Positions 26,753 through 37,174 of a DNA stretch of 64,000 nt are shown here, piece by piece (within the stretch, counting starts at the first letter, position 1; every line of letters starts with the position of its first letter). Where the stretch lies: positions 32,001 through 96,000 of the forward strand of contig JAWLBL010000030.1 in assembly GCA_041687695.1 (NCBI GenBank), given 5' to 3'. The position numbers and the translations under genes were made by a program. The notes below the pieces were generated by a model. It searched no databases, was not told the origin of the DNA, and was given only the letters and a program-made list of their open reading frames with translations. Origin of the DNA: Myxococcota bacterium (GTDB lineage: Bacteria; Myxococcota_A; UBA9042; PHBI01; JAWLBL01).

Positions 26753-28123
26753 CTAGCGGGTGTACACCTCGACCGTCTCGGGCAAGAGCCCCTCGTCGAA
26801 GGGCCGGTCGAAGCTGGGCCCCTCCACGCCGAAGATGCGCTCGGGCACGCCCTTGACGATGTCGACCACCACCAGCGACGACGGCTGCCGGAAGTCGCTG
26901 CCCGACAGGCGCCCGCCCGGCTCGGCCACCGCGCCCACGCTGACCACCGGCAGCGCGCCGTAGCGGCCCTTGAAGTAGACCCGGTAGCCGGCGCTGAACA
27001 GGGCCGTCACCCGCCCGCGCAGCAGCAGCTCGTAGATGCGGAACTTCTTGTCCAGCGTGCCGACGTGCTCGTCGCCGAACTTGTGCAGCGGCAGGTACGA
27101 CAGGACGAAGCGCGCCTCGTAGACCCGCGCCGCGGCCAGCTCGCTCTGCATCCACTTCAGCGCGTCCTCGGTCACGCCCTCGGTCTGGCCGGGCGACAGC
27201 ACCAGGAAGTAGGCGCCCTTGTAGGTGAAGCTGTAGCGCTCGGGGTAGTGCCGCCCGTCGATGATCTGCAGATCCGGAGTTTTGGCGCGCGCGCCCTCGG
27301 CCAGATCGGTCGGCGACGCGCCGAAGGCCACCGGCACCCCCAGCGCCAGCAGCGGCCGCTCGATGGCGTCGCGGATGGCCGACCAGCCGCTCTCGCCCGC
27401 GCCGCGCCCGACCAGGCCGCCGAGGTGGATGACCAGGTCCGGGCCCAACGTGTCGTCCAGCGCCCTGACCGCCGCGCCGATCTCCTTGGGCACCCCGCCC
27501 GAGGCCGCGGAGTCGGCCAGCACCGCGAACCGGAAGCTGGTCGCGTCGGGCTCGGGCCGCGCCGGCAGCTGCCCGGTCGCCAGCGCCGGGTCGTCCTCGG
27601 CCAGCCCCGACGTCACCGGCAGCCGCTCGAGCGGCACCGTGCGCGTCGCCGTGTACTCCCAGTCGCCGTCGGTCAGCGTCAGGGTGACGACCTGGTCCGC
27701 CTGCCCGCCGTGGAAGGTGTGCGAGACGTTGCAGCCGTGCTCGACCGGGCTGCCGTCGCCGAAGTTCCACCGGCAGGCCACCGTCTCGTGGCCCGCGGGC
27801 GCCGTGTCCAGCCGGAAGTGCACCGCCGTCGACCGGTAGACCTGCAGCTCGCCGGGCGTGAAGCTCCAGGTCAGCCCGATCTGCGCGTCGGCGGCCGCCG
27901 ACCCGTCGTCCGGCGGGCCCTCTCCGGGCTCGGCCTCGCGCGCGACCACCAGGCTCGGCGGGTTCACGACGCCGTGCGCGTCCAGCCGTGGCCGCAGCGG
28001 GCGCAGGGCCGCCGCGGTCGCGTCGTCGCGCACGATCAGGTCGTCGCCCTCGCAGGCGGTCAGCGCGGCCAGCGCGAGGGTCGCCAGGGCCAACGGGCGG
28101 AAGCTGAGGCGGTTGGGTCTCAC
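26753..28123 (-). CDS. Lipoprotein with PKD domain and degenerate metallophosphoesterase domain
   Basis: GTG 28123 is coupled to the thiL stop. Lipobox LTA-C; PKD motif WNFGDGS...HTF; MPP-like FAVLADS / PDLVIHLG. Confidence 0.65.
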   Translation of the reverse strand: MRPNRLSFRPLALATLALAALTACEGDDLIVRDDATAAALRPLRPRLDAHGVVNPPSLVVAREAEPGEGPPDDGSAAADAQIGLTWSFTPGELQVYRSTAVHFRLDTAPAGHETVACRWNFGDGSPVEHGCNVSHTFHGGQADQVVTLTLTDGDWEYTATRTVPLERLPVTSGLAEDDPALATGQLPARPEPDATSFRFAVLADSAASGGVPKEIGAAVRALDDTLGPDLVIHLGGLVGRGAGESGWSAIRDAIERPLLALGVPVAFGASPTDLAEGARAKTPDLQIIDGRHYPERYSFTYKGAYFLVLSPGQTEGVTEDALKWMQSELAAARVYEARFVLSYLPLHKFGDEHVGTLDKKFRIYELLLRGRVTALFSAGYRVYFKGRYGALPVVSVGAVAEPGGRLSGSDFRQPSSLVVVDIVKGVPERIFGVEGPSFDRPFDEGLLPETVEVYTR

Positions 28124-29124
28124 GGCCGCGAGCCTAGGTCCGGCGGGGGAGGGTGGCAACTTTCGGCGAAGTGGGTGAACGGCCGCGCCTGCGGGGTGAC
28201 CCGGGTTCCGTCGCGCCACCACGCGACCCGCTCGCCGGCCGGATCGGCGGCGCGGGCCCGGCCCAGCGTCACGAAGCCGCGCTGCACGAACAGCGCCTCG
28301 CGCTCGGGCGGCACCATCACCAGCAGCCCGTAGTCCTCGCCGCCGGCCGCGCGCACCTCGGCGTCCACCCCGGCCAGCGCCTCGTCCGCGGGCAGGCGCC
28401 CCAGCTCGAGATCCAGCGTCACCCCGCTGGCCGCCGCCAGCCGCGGCGCGTCCGTCAGCAGCCCGTCCGACAGATCCATCCCCGCCGTCGCCCCGTGCTC
28501 CAGCGCCCACGGCCCGGCCGTCTCGTCCGGCTCCGGCCGCAGCTGCCACCGCAGGCACGGGTCCACGTCCGGCTCGCCGTCCTCGGCCCAGCCCTCGCGC
28601 CCGGACCGCGCCAACCAGCGCTCCAGCCCGACCCCAGCGCGCCCCACGGGCCCCAGCGCCATCACCAGGTCGCCCGCCCGCCCGCCGGCCCGCGTCAGCA
28701 AGCGCTCGCCCGCCGCCGCCCCCCACGCCGTCACCGACAGCATCAGCGGCCCCGGGCTGCGCACCGTGTCGCCGCCCACCACCCGCACGCCATAGCGCCG
28801 CGCGCACGCACCCAGCCCCCGGCAAAGCGCCAGCCAGTACGCCCGCGGCAGGTCCTCGGGCAGCGCCACCGTCAGCAGGAACCCCTCGGGCCGCGCGCCC
28901 ATCGCCGCTACGTCCGACACGTTGACCGCCAGCAGCTTCCAGCCCAGCCACGCCGGCGGATGCCCCCGCAGGAAGTGCACGCCCTCGACCATCGCGTCGG
29001 TCGTGACGACCCGCCGTCCGCGGGTCTCGCCCATCGCCGCCGCGTCGTCGCCCGCCCCAAAGACCCCCGAGACCGCCGGCACCGCCGCCAGCACGTCCGC
29101 GATGCGCGCCTCCTCGCCGCTCAC
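28120..29124 (-). CDS. thiL: Thiamine-monophosphate kinase
   Basis: GDDAA, TTDAMVEGVHF, VNVSDVAAMGA, GGDT, MDLSDGL and GGEDYGLL. Confidence 0.93.
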   Translation of the reverse strand: MSGEEARIADVLAAVPAVSGVFGAGDDAAAMGETRGRRVVTTDAMVEGVHFLRGHPPAWLGWKLLAVNVSDVAAMGARPEGFLLTVALPEDLPRAYWLALCRGLGACARRYGVRVVGGDTVRSPGPLMLSVTAWGAAAGERLLTRAGGRAGDLVMALGPVGRAGVGLERWLARSGREGWAEDGEPDVDPCLRWQLRPEPDETAGPWALEHGATAGMDLSDGLLTDAPRLAAASGVTLDLELGRLPADEALAGVDAEVRAAGGEDYGLLVMVPPEREALFVQRGFVTLGRARAADPAGERVAWWRDGTRVTPQARPFTHFAESCHPPPPDLGSRP

Positions 29125-29134
29125 GGGCGCCCGC

Positions 29135-31162
29135 TCACCGCGGCCCGTCCGGTCCGACCGGCCGCCGCATCGCCGCCTCCTCGTCCTCGCTCAGCCGCGC
29201 GCGCAGCTCGTCGCCGTGCACCGTCAGCAGCTTCGGCCGCCGCACCACCTGCCCGCTCTCCAGCACGCTCAGCAGCCCGGTCGCCCCCTCCAGGTTCCTG
29301 ACGCCCTTGAGCGCCGCCAGCACCTCGGCCCGGCGCGCCGCTTGGTTCCCCTCCGGCGCCACCAGCGCTCGCGCGATCAGCGCCGCCGCGTCGTGCGCCT
29401 CGGCGTGGAACGCGAAGGGCTTGCGCTTGTAGCGCGTGAAGAACGCCCGCGCGAACCGGTCGCCCCGCGGCTCGTCCGGATCGTGGAAGAAGGGCGCGAC
29501 GAAGACCGCGTTCTCGGTCAGCCGCTGCGCCACGTCGATGACCACCGGGTCGTTCCACCCGGAAGACCCCAGCATCTGCAGCGCCGGCCGTTTGGATGTC
29601 CCGGTCAGCTCGGGCGAGGTCTTCACCAAAAGGCCCCAGCTGGCCAAAAACGGCAGCACCCGCTTCACGTCCCGTGCCTCGTCGGGCACGAACACCGCCT
29701 CGAAGTCGACCACCCCGCGCCCCGGCCGGGTCGCCGCGACGAGCCGCCCCACCGCCTTGCGCACCTCCTGCCCGTCCTTGCCGTAGGCCTCGACCGCCCG
29801 CACCTCGCCGCCGAGCCGCACGATCTCCTCGAAGAACGCCGCCATCGACGTCTCGCCCAGCGTCCCCTCGGGGTACAGGATGCCGACCCGCTGCACGCCC
29901 ATGTTGGTCACCGCATAGCGCGCCACCGCGGCCGCCTGCTCCTCGGGTGACAGCCGCGTCCGGAACACCCACGGCTTGCCCACGCCGACCTCGTGCGCGC
30001 TCGTCAGCAGCACGTGCGGCACCCCGAAGCGCTGCGTCACCTCGGCCACCGCCGCCGACTCCAGGTGCCCCACCGGCCCCAGCATCGCCGCCACGTGCCC
30101 CTCGAGCACCAGCGACTCGGCCTGCCGCGCCGCCTCGGCCGCGTCCCCCTTGGTGTCGCGCACGATCAGCTTCAGCCCCGAGTCGGCCCCGATCGCCAGC
30201 TGCAGCCCCTCGAGCGCGGCCCGCCCGATGCCCTCGTGCGGCCCCGACAGCGGCAGCAGCACCCCCAGCGTCCGCGGCTCGACCTGCCGCCAGGCCGCCA
30301 GCTGGGCCAGCAACGCCTCCGCCTCGGCCCGCTCCGCCGGATCCCGCGTCTCGGCCCGCACGGCCACCGCCGCCGCCTCGGCCGCCTCCATCTCGCCGGC
30401 CTGCCACCGCTCGCGCGCCACCTTCAGCGCCACCCAGGCCTTCCACGGGTTGCCGTCCGGGAGCCGCCCGTACAGCGCCTCCAGCACCTCGCCGGTCAGC
30501 ACCGGCTCGACCAGCTGCTCGAGGCGCTCGCTCACCGCCTCGGGCGTCGCTCCGGGCGCCGCGGGCGCCAGCGCCTCCGTCGCCTGCTCGGTCTCGCCGC
30601 TCAGAAACAGCGCCCGCGCGGCCCCCTCGGCGGCCTCCGCCGGCTCGTCCGAGTCGCCCAGCCCCAGCCAGATCCGCGCCGCCTCGTCCCATCGGCGCTG
30701 CCCCTCGTAGGCCAGCGCCCTCGCCCTGAATCCTCGATAGCGCCAGGCGTCGTCGGCGGGCTCCGCGTCGGCGGCCGGGATCCCCGCCGGCCCCTCGACC
30801 CAGGCCTCGGCCTCGGCCCACGCGCCGTGCGCGATCGCGTGCTCCGCCAGACGCACTCGCGCCCGCGCCGCCTCGGGCGTCCCGGGCGCCTCGCGGACCA
30901 GCCGCCGCAGGACGCGTCGCCCCTCGAACGGCCGCCCCTCCGCCTCCAGCGACGCCGCCTCCGTCCACATCGCCTCGGTCTCGGGTGTGCTCGCAGGCCG
31001 CTCGGGGAACGTCGGCGACGGCGGCACGTCCGTCACCTTGGCCGGACGGTCCACCGCGGGTGTCGGCGTCGGCCCGGGCGGCGGATCGCTGGGACGCACG
31101 ATCGGCGCGGGCCCGCAGCCTGCGACCATCACGACCATCGCGAGCAGGCAGGTTCTAAGCAT
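29135..31162 (-). CDS. LpoA/LppC-like lipoprotein (TPR plus periplasmic binding-protein type I domain)
   Basis: Lipobox VAG-C; helical N-terminal half; LGVLLPLSG...RDTKGD...LGP C-terminal domain. Confidence 0.75.
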   Translation of the reverse strand: MLRTCLLAMVVMVAGCGPAPIVRPSDPPPGPTPTPAVDRPAKVTDVPPSPTFPERPASTPETEAMWTEAASLEAEGRPFEGRRVLRRLVREAPGTPEAARARVRLAEHAIAHGAWAEAEAWVEGPAGIPAADAEPADDAWRYRGFRARALAYEGQRRWDEAARIWLGLGDSDEPAEAAEGAARALFLSGETEQATEALAPAAPGATPEAVSERLEQLVEPVLTGEVLEALYGRLPDGNPWKAWVALKVARERWQAGEMEAAEAAAVAVRAETRDPAERAEAEALLAQLAAWRQVEPRTLGVLLPLSGPHEGIGRAALEGLQLAIGADSGLKLIVRDTKGDAAEAARQAESLVLEGHVAAMLGPVGHLESAAVAEVTQRFGVPHVLLTSAHEVGVGKPWVFRTRLSPEEQAAAVARYAVTNMGVQRVGILYPEGTLGETSMAAFFEEIVRLGGEVRAVEAYGKDGQEVRKAVGRLVAATRPGRGVVDFEAVFVPDEARDVKRVLPFLASWGLLVKTSPELTGTSKRPALQMLGSSGWNDPVVIDVAQRLTENAVFVAPFFHDPDEPRGDRFARAFFTRYKRKPFAFHAEAHDAAALIARALVAPEGNQAARRAEVLAALKGVRNLEGATGLLSVLESGQVVRRPKLLTVHGDELRARLSEDEEAAMRRPVGPDGPR

Positions 31163-32231
31163 CTTCCTTCCGGGTCAGGCGGGCCTCGAACGCGGCCGCG
31201 CGCGGAAAGGCCTCGCGCGTCGACGCCACCAGCCGCTCGAGGGCCGAACGCGCAGCCTCGTCCAGCGCTTCCGGCCACTCGAGCCGCAGGGTGACCCGCT
31301 GGTCGCCGTTGGCGCCCGTGCGCCGGTCCGTCACGCCGAAGCCGCTCATGCGCAGCACCGTACCATCGCCGGTGCCAGGCGGCACCACGAGGACGCGCGT
31401 CCCGTCGACGGTCGGCACCCGCACCCGTCCTCCGGCGATGGCCACGAACACCGGCAGGGGCCGCTCGCACACCACGTCCTCGCCTTCGCGCGCCAACACC
31501 GGGTCGGGCCTGACCTCGACCACCACGAAGCACCGCCCGGATTTGCCGCCGTGCCGCCCCGCCTCGCCCGCCTCCCGCACCACCAGCCGCTCGCCCGTGA
31601 CCACGCCCGGGGGCACCTCGATGGTCAACGGCTCGCGCCCCTCGACCTCGCCCTCGCCGCCGCAGCCCCCGCACGGCTCGACCACCACGTAGCCCCGCCC
31701 GCCGCAGCCGCCGCAGTCCTCGAGCCCCGAGCGCAGCACGCGCCGCACCTGCACCTCACCGGTCCCCTGGCACGGCTCGCAGACCTCGGGCAGCGTGCCC
31801 GGCGCGAAGCCCCGCCCCGCGCAGCCGCCGCACGGCCGGCGCCGCGGCAGCGCCAACGTGCGCGTGGTCCCGCGCGCGGCCTCGGCGAAGGTCACGGCGA
31901 CCTCGTACTTCACGTCGCGCCCGTCGATCGGCCGCCTGGGGCGGACGCCGAACAGCTGGTCGACCACCCGGCCCAGCGCCTCGGCCCAGGTCGCCGCGGG
32001 CGCCACGGCTGGCGGCGCCACGGCCGCCCCGGCGTCGAAGGCGGCGCGCTGGTCGGGCCGCGACAGCACGGCGTAGGCCTCGGTGATGGCCGCCAGCCGC
32101 CGCGCCGCCTCGGGGTCCTCGCCGCGTCGGTCGGGGTGAAGCTCGAGCACCAGGCGGCGGTACGCCTGCTTGAGCATCAGGCCGTCGGCCGTGCGCGGCA
32201 CGCCAAGGACGGCGTAGTAGTCCGCGGCCAT
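31155..32231 (-). CDS. dnaJ: DnaJ-class chaperone
   Basis: J-domain DYYAVLGV...HPD, four CxxCxGxG zinc-finger repeats and a C-terminal domain. Confidence 0.9.
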   Translation of the reverse strand: MAADYYAVLGVPRTADGLMLKQAYRRLVLELHPDRRGEDPEAARRLAAITEAYAVLSRPDQRAAFDAGAAVAPPAVAPAATWAEALGRVVDQLFGVRPRRPIDGRDVKYEVAVTFAEAARGTTRTLALPRRRPCGGCAGRGFAPGTLPEVCEPCQGTGEVQVRRVLRSGLEDCGGCGGRGYVVVEPCGGCGGEGEVEGREPLTIEVPPGVVTGERLVVREAGEAGRHGGKSGRCFVVVEVRPDPVLAREGEDVVCERPLPVFVAIAGGRVRVPTVDGTRVLVVPPGTGDGTVLRMSGFGVTDRRTGANGDQRVTLRLEWPEALDEAARSALERLVASTREAFPRAAAFEARLTRKEDA

Positions 32232-32254
32232 GCCGACGGCCTCGCCTCCTCGGC

Positions 32255-34063
<1,809 letters not shown>

Positions 34064-34148
34064 GCGCTGTCTCCCGTCCTTTTTCCTGGTATCCGACGAC
34101 TCGAAGGCCTGGCCACGCGGGCCGCCCGTCCGCGCCCGATCACGCGCA

Positions 34149-34178
34149 AGTATAGGGGATGACGTTCACAATCCGCAA
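34149..34178 (-). promoter_or_regulatory. Putative sigma70 promoter of the dnaK operon
   Basis: TTGCGG-N18-TATACT on the minus strand. Confidence 0.45.
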
Positions 34179-34385
34179 CTTACCCACGCCGCCCGCGGTG
34201 GCGGCGGTGGAGGCGGGCCACAGCACCTCGTGTCATGGGCTGTTACTCCGTCGGCGCGAAGCGAACGCATCATCCCGAGGGTCGCGTGCCCCCACGACGA
34301 CCCCAGCGGTCAAGCCTAGGGGTCGTGCGCGGATCCGGCCATCCCCTGATCGGGGGACGGGCGCCACGCGTCGACCGCGACAGCC

Positions 34386-35090
34386 TCACAGCAGCTTGTC
34401 GGGCACGAATATGATGTCGCCCGGCTGCAAGACCAGGTTCGGGGCGTGTCCCTCGCTGATCCGTCCCACGGGGACCGGGATCCGCTGGTCGCCGCCGCCG
34501 TCCTGGCGTCGCGTCACGACCACGTTGTTGGCGTTGGCAGACGGCTTGAAGCCTCCCGCCAGGGACACGGCCTCGATGACGTTCATCCCGGCCGTGAACG
34601 TGAAGGTCCCCGGCTTGGCCACCTCGCCCAGGACGAACACCTTCTTGGAGTTGTACTCCTTGACGTACACGGACACGTGCGGGTCGCGCAGGAAGCCGTC
34701 CTTGAGCCGGTCGCGCACGCGCTCGGCGATCGCGCTCGGCGTCAGGCCCTCGGCCATGACCCGGCCCACCAGGGGGACGTCGACGCTGCCGTCCGGCGCG
34801 ATCCGGTGCGCACCCGACAGCGTCTCCTCGCCATACACACGCAGCTCGAAGACGTCACCCGGGCCGAGCCCGACCTTGCTCATGTGCTCGGTCAGGTCGA
34901 CGTTGAGGTGCTCGTAGCCGGTGTCGGGCGCCGTCTCGCACGAGGCGCAGCCGCCGAAGGGCAGGGCGAGCGCGGCCAGCCAGAGCAGGACCAGGGACCG
35001 CCGGGGCGAGGGGGCCGTCGTGCCGGGAGGCGCTGGGGCCGCGCCGTCAGTACCGCAGGTTGAGGCTCCCGTAGACGCGATGCTCGTCAT
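34386..35090 (-). CDS. Short OPX/Wza-like polysaccharide export lipoprotein (Poly_export plus one SLBB domain)
   Basis: LGPGDVFELRVYG, DGSVDVPLVG, VFVLGEVAKPG and LQPGDIIFVP; lipobox GG-C. Ends without a C-terminal helix. Start uncertain. Confidence 0.88.
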   Translation of the reverse strand: MTSIASTGASTCGTDGAAPAPPGTTAPSPRRSLVLLWLAALALPFGGCASCETAPDTGYEHLNVDLTEHMSKVGLGPGDVFELRVYGEETLSGAHRIAPDGSVDVPLVGRVMAEGLTPSAIAERVRDRLKDGFLRDPHVSVYVKEYNSKKVFVLGEVAKPGTFTFTAGMNVIEAVSLAGGFKPSANANNVVVTRRQDGGGDQRIPVPVGRISEGHAPNLVLQPGDIIFVPDKLL

Positions 35091-36486
35091 AACCCAGATA
35101 GCTTTGGGAGGTGCCCTCGAGCCCCTCGACCGTGATGTTGTAGTCGGTCAGGACCGCGTCGTAGCGGTACCCCACCGTCAGCCCGAACAGCCGCGAGATG
35201 TCGAAGTCCAGCAGCACGCCGCCGCGGAGGCGATTCTCCTGGCGCTCGCGGTCCGAGGCCGTCGACACGACGATGCCGTCGGCCACTTCGACGGGGACCG
35301 GCTCCCACGCGCCGTAGTCGCGCATGTCCCAGCCGATGTCGACGCCGAGCCGGGCCACCGATCCGATCTGCTGCTCGAGGCTGCCATACACCCGCATGTA
35401 GCGCCGGTGCCCGCCCAGCGGGACCAGCTCGAAGTCGCGCGCCGCGCCGAGGTGGATCGCGGTCCGCGGTGGAAACCTGAAGGTCACCTGGGCCATTCCG
35501 ATGACGCTCGAGAAGTCCTCGAGGGCCTGGCCGTTCGACGTGTCCAGGAAGCTGTTGCCGTAGCCGACGCGGCCGAGGAACGCGATGCGCTCGGTCAGGT
35601 AGCCGGACAGGCCGACGTAGGCGCGCAGCGGCGTGCCGGCCACGAAGTTCCCGACGCCGGCCGTGGTGTCGTCCGGGGCGTTGACGTAGGTCGTGACGTC
35701 GTAGGTGCCCTCGAGGAACGCGTAGGTCAGCGGATAGAAGCGCCACGAGCTCATCAGCCGGAACCGATGTCGGTCCTGGTCCAGCCGGTCGATGTCTTCG
35801 AAGCGCTGGATCTCCCAGCGGTAGCCCGCCGTGACGTCGAGCGCTCGGCCACCGGGATGGAACGACAGGTCCGCGCCCAGCTCGTTGCGGTTGAGGTTGG
35901 CGTTGCCGATCTCGGTCGCCGGACGCATCCACAGCGTCCGCTGGAACTGCTCGTGGAGGACGAGGGTCAGCGCGCTCTTGGGGAAGAAGGCGACCGAGGC
36001 CGACGCCAGGCCGCCGACGGTGGACTGGTCCTGCACGGCCTCGCGGTCGGAGACCGGCATCATCACGTCGGCGTCGAGCGACAGCGACAGCGCGACGTTG
36101 CTGGGCGACGGGTTGAACAGCCCGACGCCCGGGCGCAGGTGGGTGACGAACACGCCGGACGGGTTCGCCTCGACGTCACGGATGATCGTGCGCTCGTCGA
36201 CCCGGAAGAAGTTGCTCGTGAAGCTGCCCTCGAGCAAAAAGCGCGGCTGGATGACGAACTCGCCGGTCTCGATGCCGAAGTTCGGGCGGCGCGAGGGAAG
36301 GCCGAACCCACCGCCGGTCAGGCCCGAGTAGTTCGGCCCCAGGCCGGCCGGGCTGATGAGCCGCGGGTCGCGGACGAGCTGTACGAAGTTCTGCGCGTGC
36401 GCGGGCGCCGCGAGCCCCAGGGCCCCCGACAGGACGAACGCAGCGCACGCGACCAGCCTCGAGCGGCTAGAAGTACGGGCTGGCAT
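35047..36486 (-). CDS. Outer-membrane beta-barrel (EpsX/Wzp-like OPX partner)
   Basis: Signal peptide AHA-Q, alternating amphipathic strands, C-terminal beta-signal YGSLNLRY, adjacent to the OPX gene. Confidence 0.7.
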   Translation of the reverse strand: MPARTSSRSRLVACAAFVLSGALGLAAPAHAQNFVQLVRDPRLISPAGLGPNYSGLTGGGFGLPSRRPNFGIETGEFVIQPRFLLEGSFTSNFFRVDERTIIRDVEANPSGVFVTHLRPGVGLFNPSPSNVALSLSLDADVMMPVSDREAVQDQSTVGGLASASVAFFPKSALTLVLHEQFQRTLWMRPATEIGNANLNRNELGADLSFHPGGRALDVTAGYRWEIQRFEDIDRLDQDRHRFRLMSSWRFYPLTYAFLEGTYDVTTYVNAPDDTTAGVGNFVAGTPLRAYVGLSGYLTERIAFLGRVGYGNSFLDTSNGQALEDFSSVIGMAQVTFRFPPRTAIHLGAARDFELVPLGGHRRYMRVYGSLEQQIGSVARLGVDIGWDMRDYGAWEPVPVEVADGIVVSTASDRERQENRLRGGVLLDFDISRLFGLTVGYRYDAVLTDYNITVEGLEGTSQSYLGYDEHRVYGSLNLRY

Positions 36487-37030
36487 AGATCGGAGGCTCC
36501 GGGACGGTGTCGCCTTCGGGCATGAAGTCGATGGACTCGGGCTGCGGCAGCGCCGCGTTGATGTCCAACGTGCGCTCGACGTCCGTCATCTCGAGATCGG
36601 TCCGGACCCCGCCGGCGCTCTTGACCTGCGCGTACAGCTCCTGGGTCTTGGCGGAGGCGATGTTGATCTTGACGTACTCGTGCTCGACCGCGTCGCGATC
36701 GCCCTCGGCGGCCCGCTGCTGCAGGGTCATGTGGTTCTGCTCGCTGAGCTTCACGAGCGCCTTCATCTGCGTGATGGCCTCGTTGCGAGCGTTGGTGGTG
36801 GCGATGTCCTGCGACGCGATCGACTGCTCGAGCAGGGCGAAGCTGTCGGTAAGCATCCGGTTCATCGACTTCATCGCGTCGGCCGCGCGAGTCTTCAGCT
36901 CGGGGATCGACATGATCCGGGTGGTCTTGTTCGCGCCGCCGGCAGCGGGCGTCTGCGCCGTCGCGAGGACGGCGCCGCCGAGCAGGGCGAAGCCTAGGGT
37001 AACCATCGTCAGGGTTTTGCGCATGACCAT
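36467..37030 (-). CDS. Secreted alpha-helical hypothetical protein
   Basis: Signal peptide MRKTLTMVTLGFALLGGAVLATA-Q; helical, coiled-coil-like body. Confidence 0.75.
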   Translation of the reverse strand: MVMRKTLTMVTLGFALLGGAVLATAQTPAAGGANKTTRIMSIPELKTRAADAMKSMNRMLTDSFALLEQSIASQDIATTNARNEAITQMKALVKLSEQNHMTLQQRAAEGDRDAVEHEYVKINIASAKTQELYAQVKSAGGVRTDLEMTDVERTLDINAALPQPESIDFMPEGDTVPEPPIYASPYF

Positions 37031-37068
37031 CGCAGCTAGCGGACCCGCAAAGAGCGCGGGTCCGCCGG

Positions 37069-37098
37069 ATCATAGGGAGGGCCGTTCCTGGGTGTCAA
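37069..37098 (-). promoter_or_regulatory. Near-consensus sigma70 promoter for the secreted-protein / barrel / OPX module
   Basis: TTGACA-N18-TATGAT, followed by a perfect 10-bp stem-loop at 37039-37065. Confidence 0.65.
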
Positions 37099-37174
37099 CT
37101 CGCACCCCCGCGGCGACCGAGGTCGCCTGTCCCTGTGTTGCACGGGGGACCGGCGCTGATCAAACCCGAACGAC

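Noticed and set aside
34064..34385. Possible ncRNA or CIRCE element upstream of dnaK
   Set aside because: No TTAGCACTC-N9-GAGTGCTAA and no recognisable RNA motif; only a promoter-like sequence.
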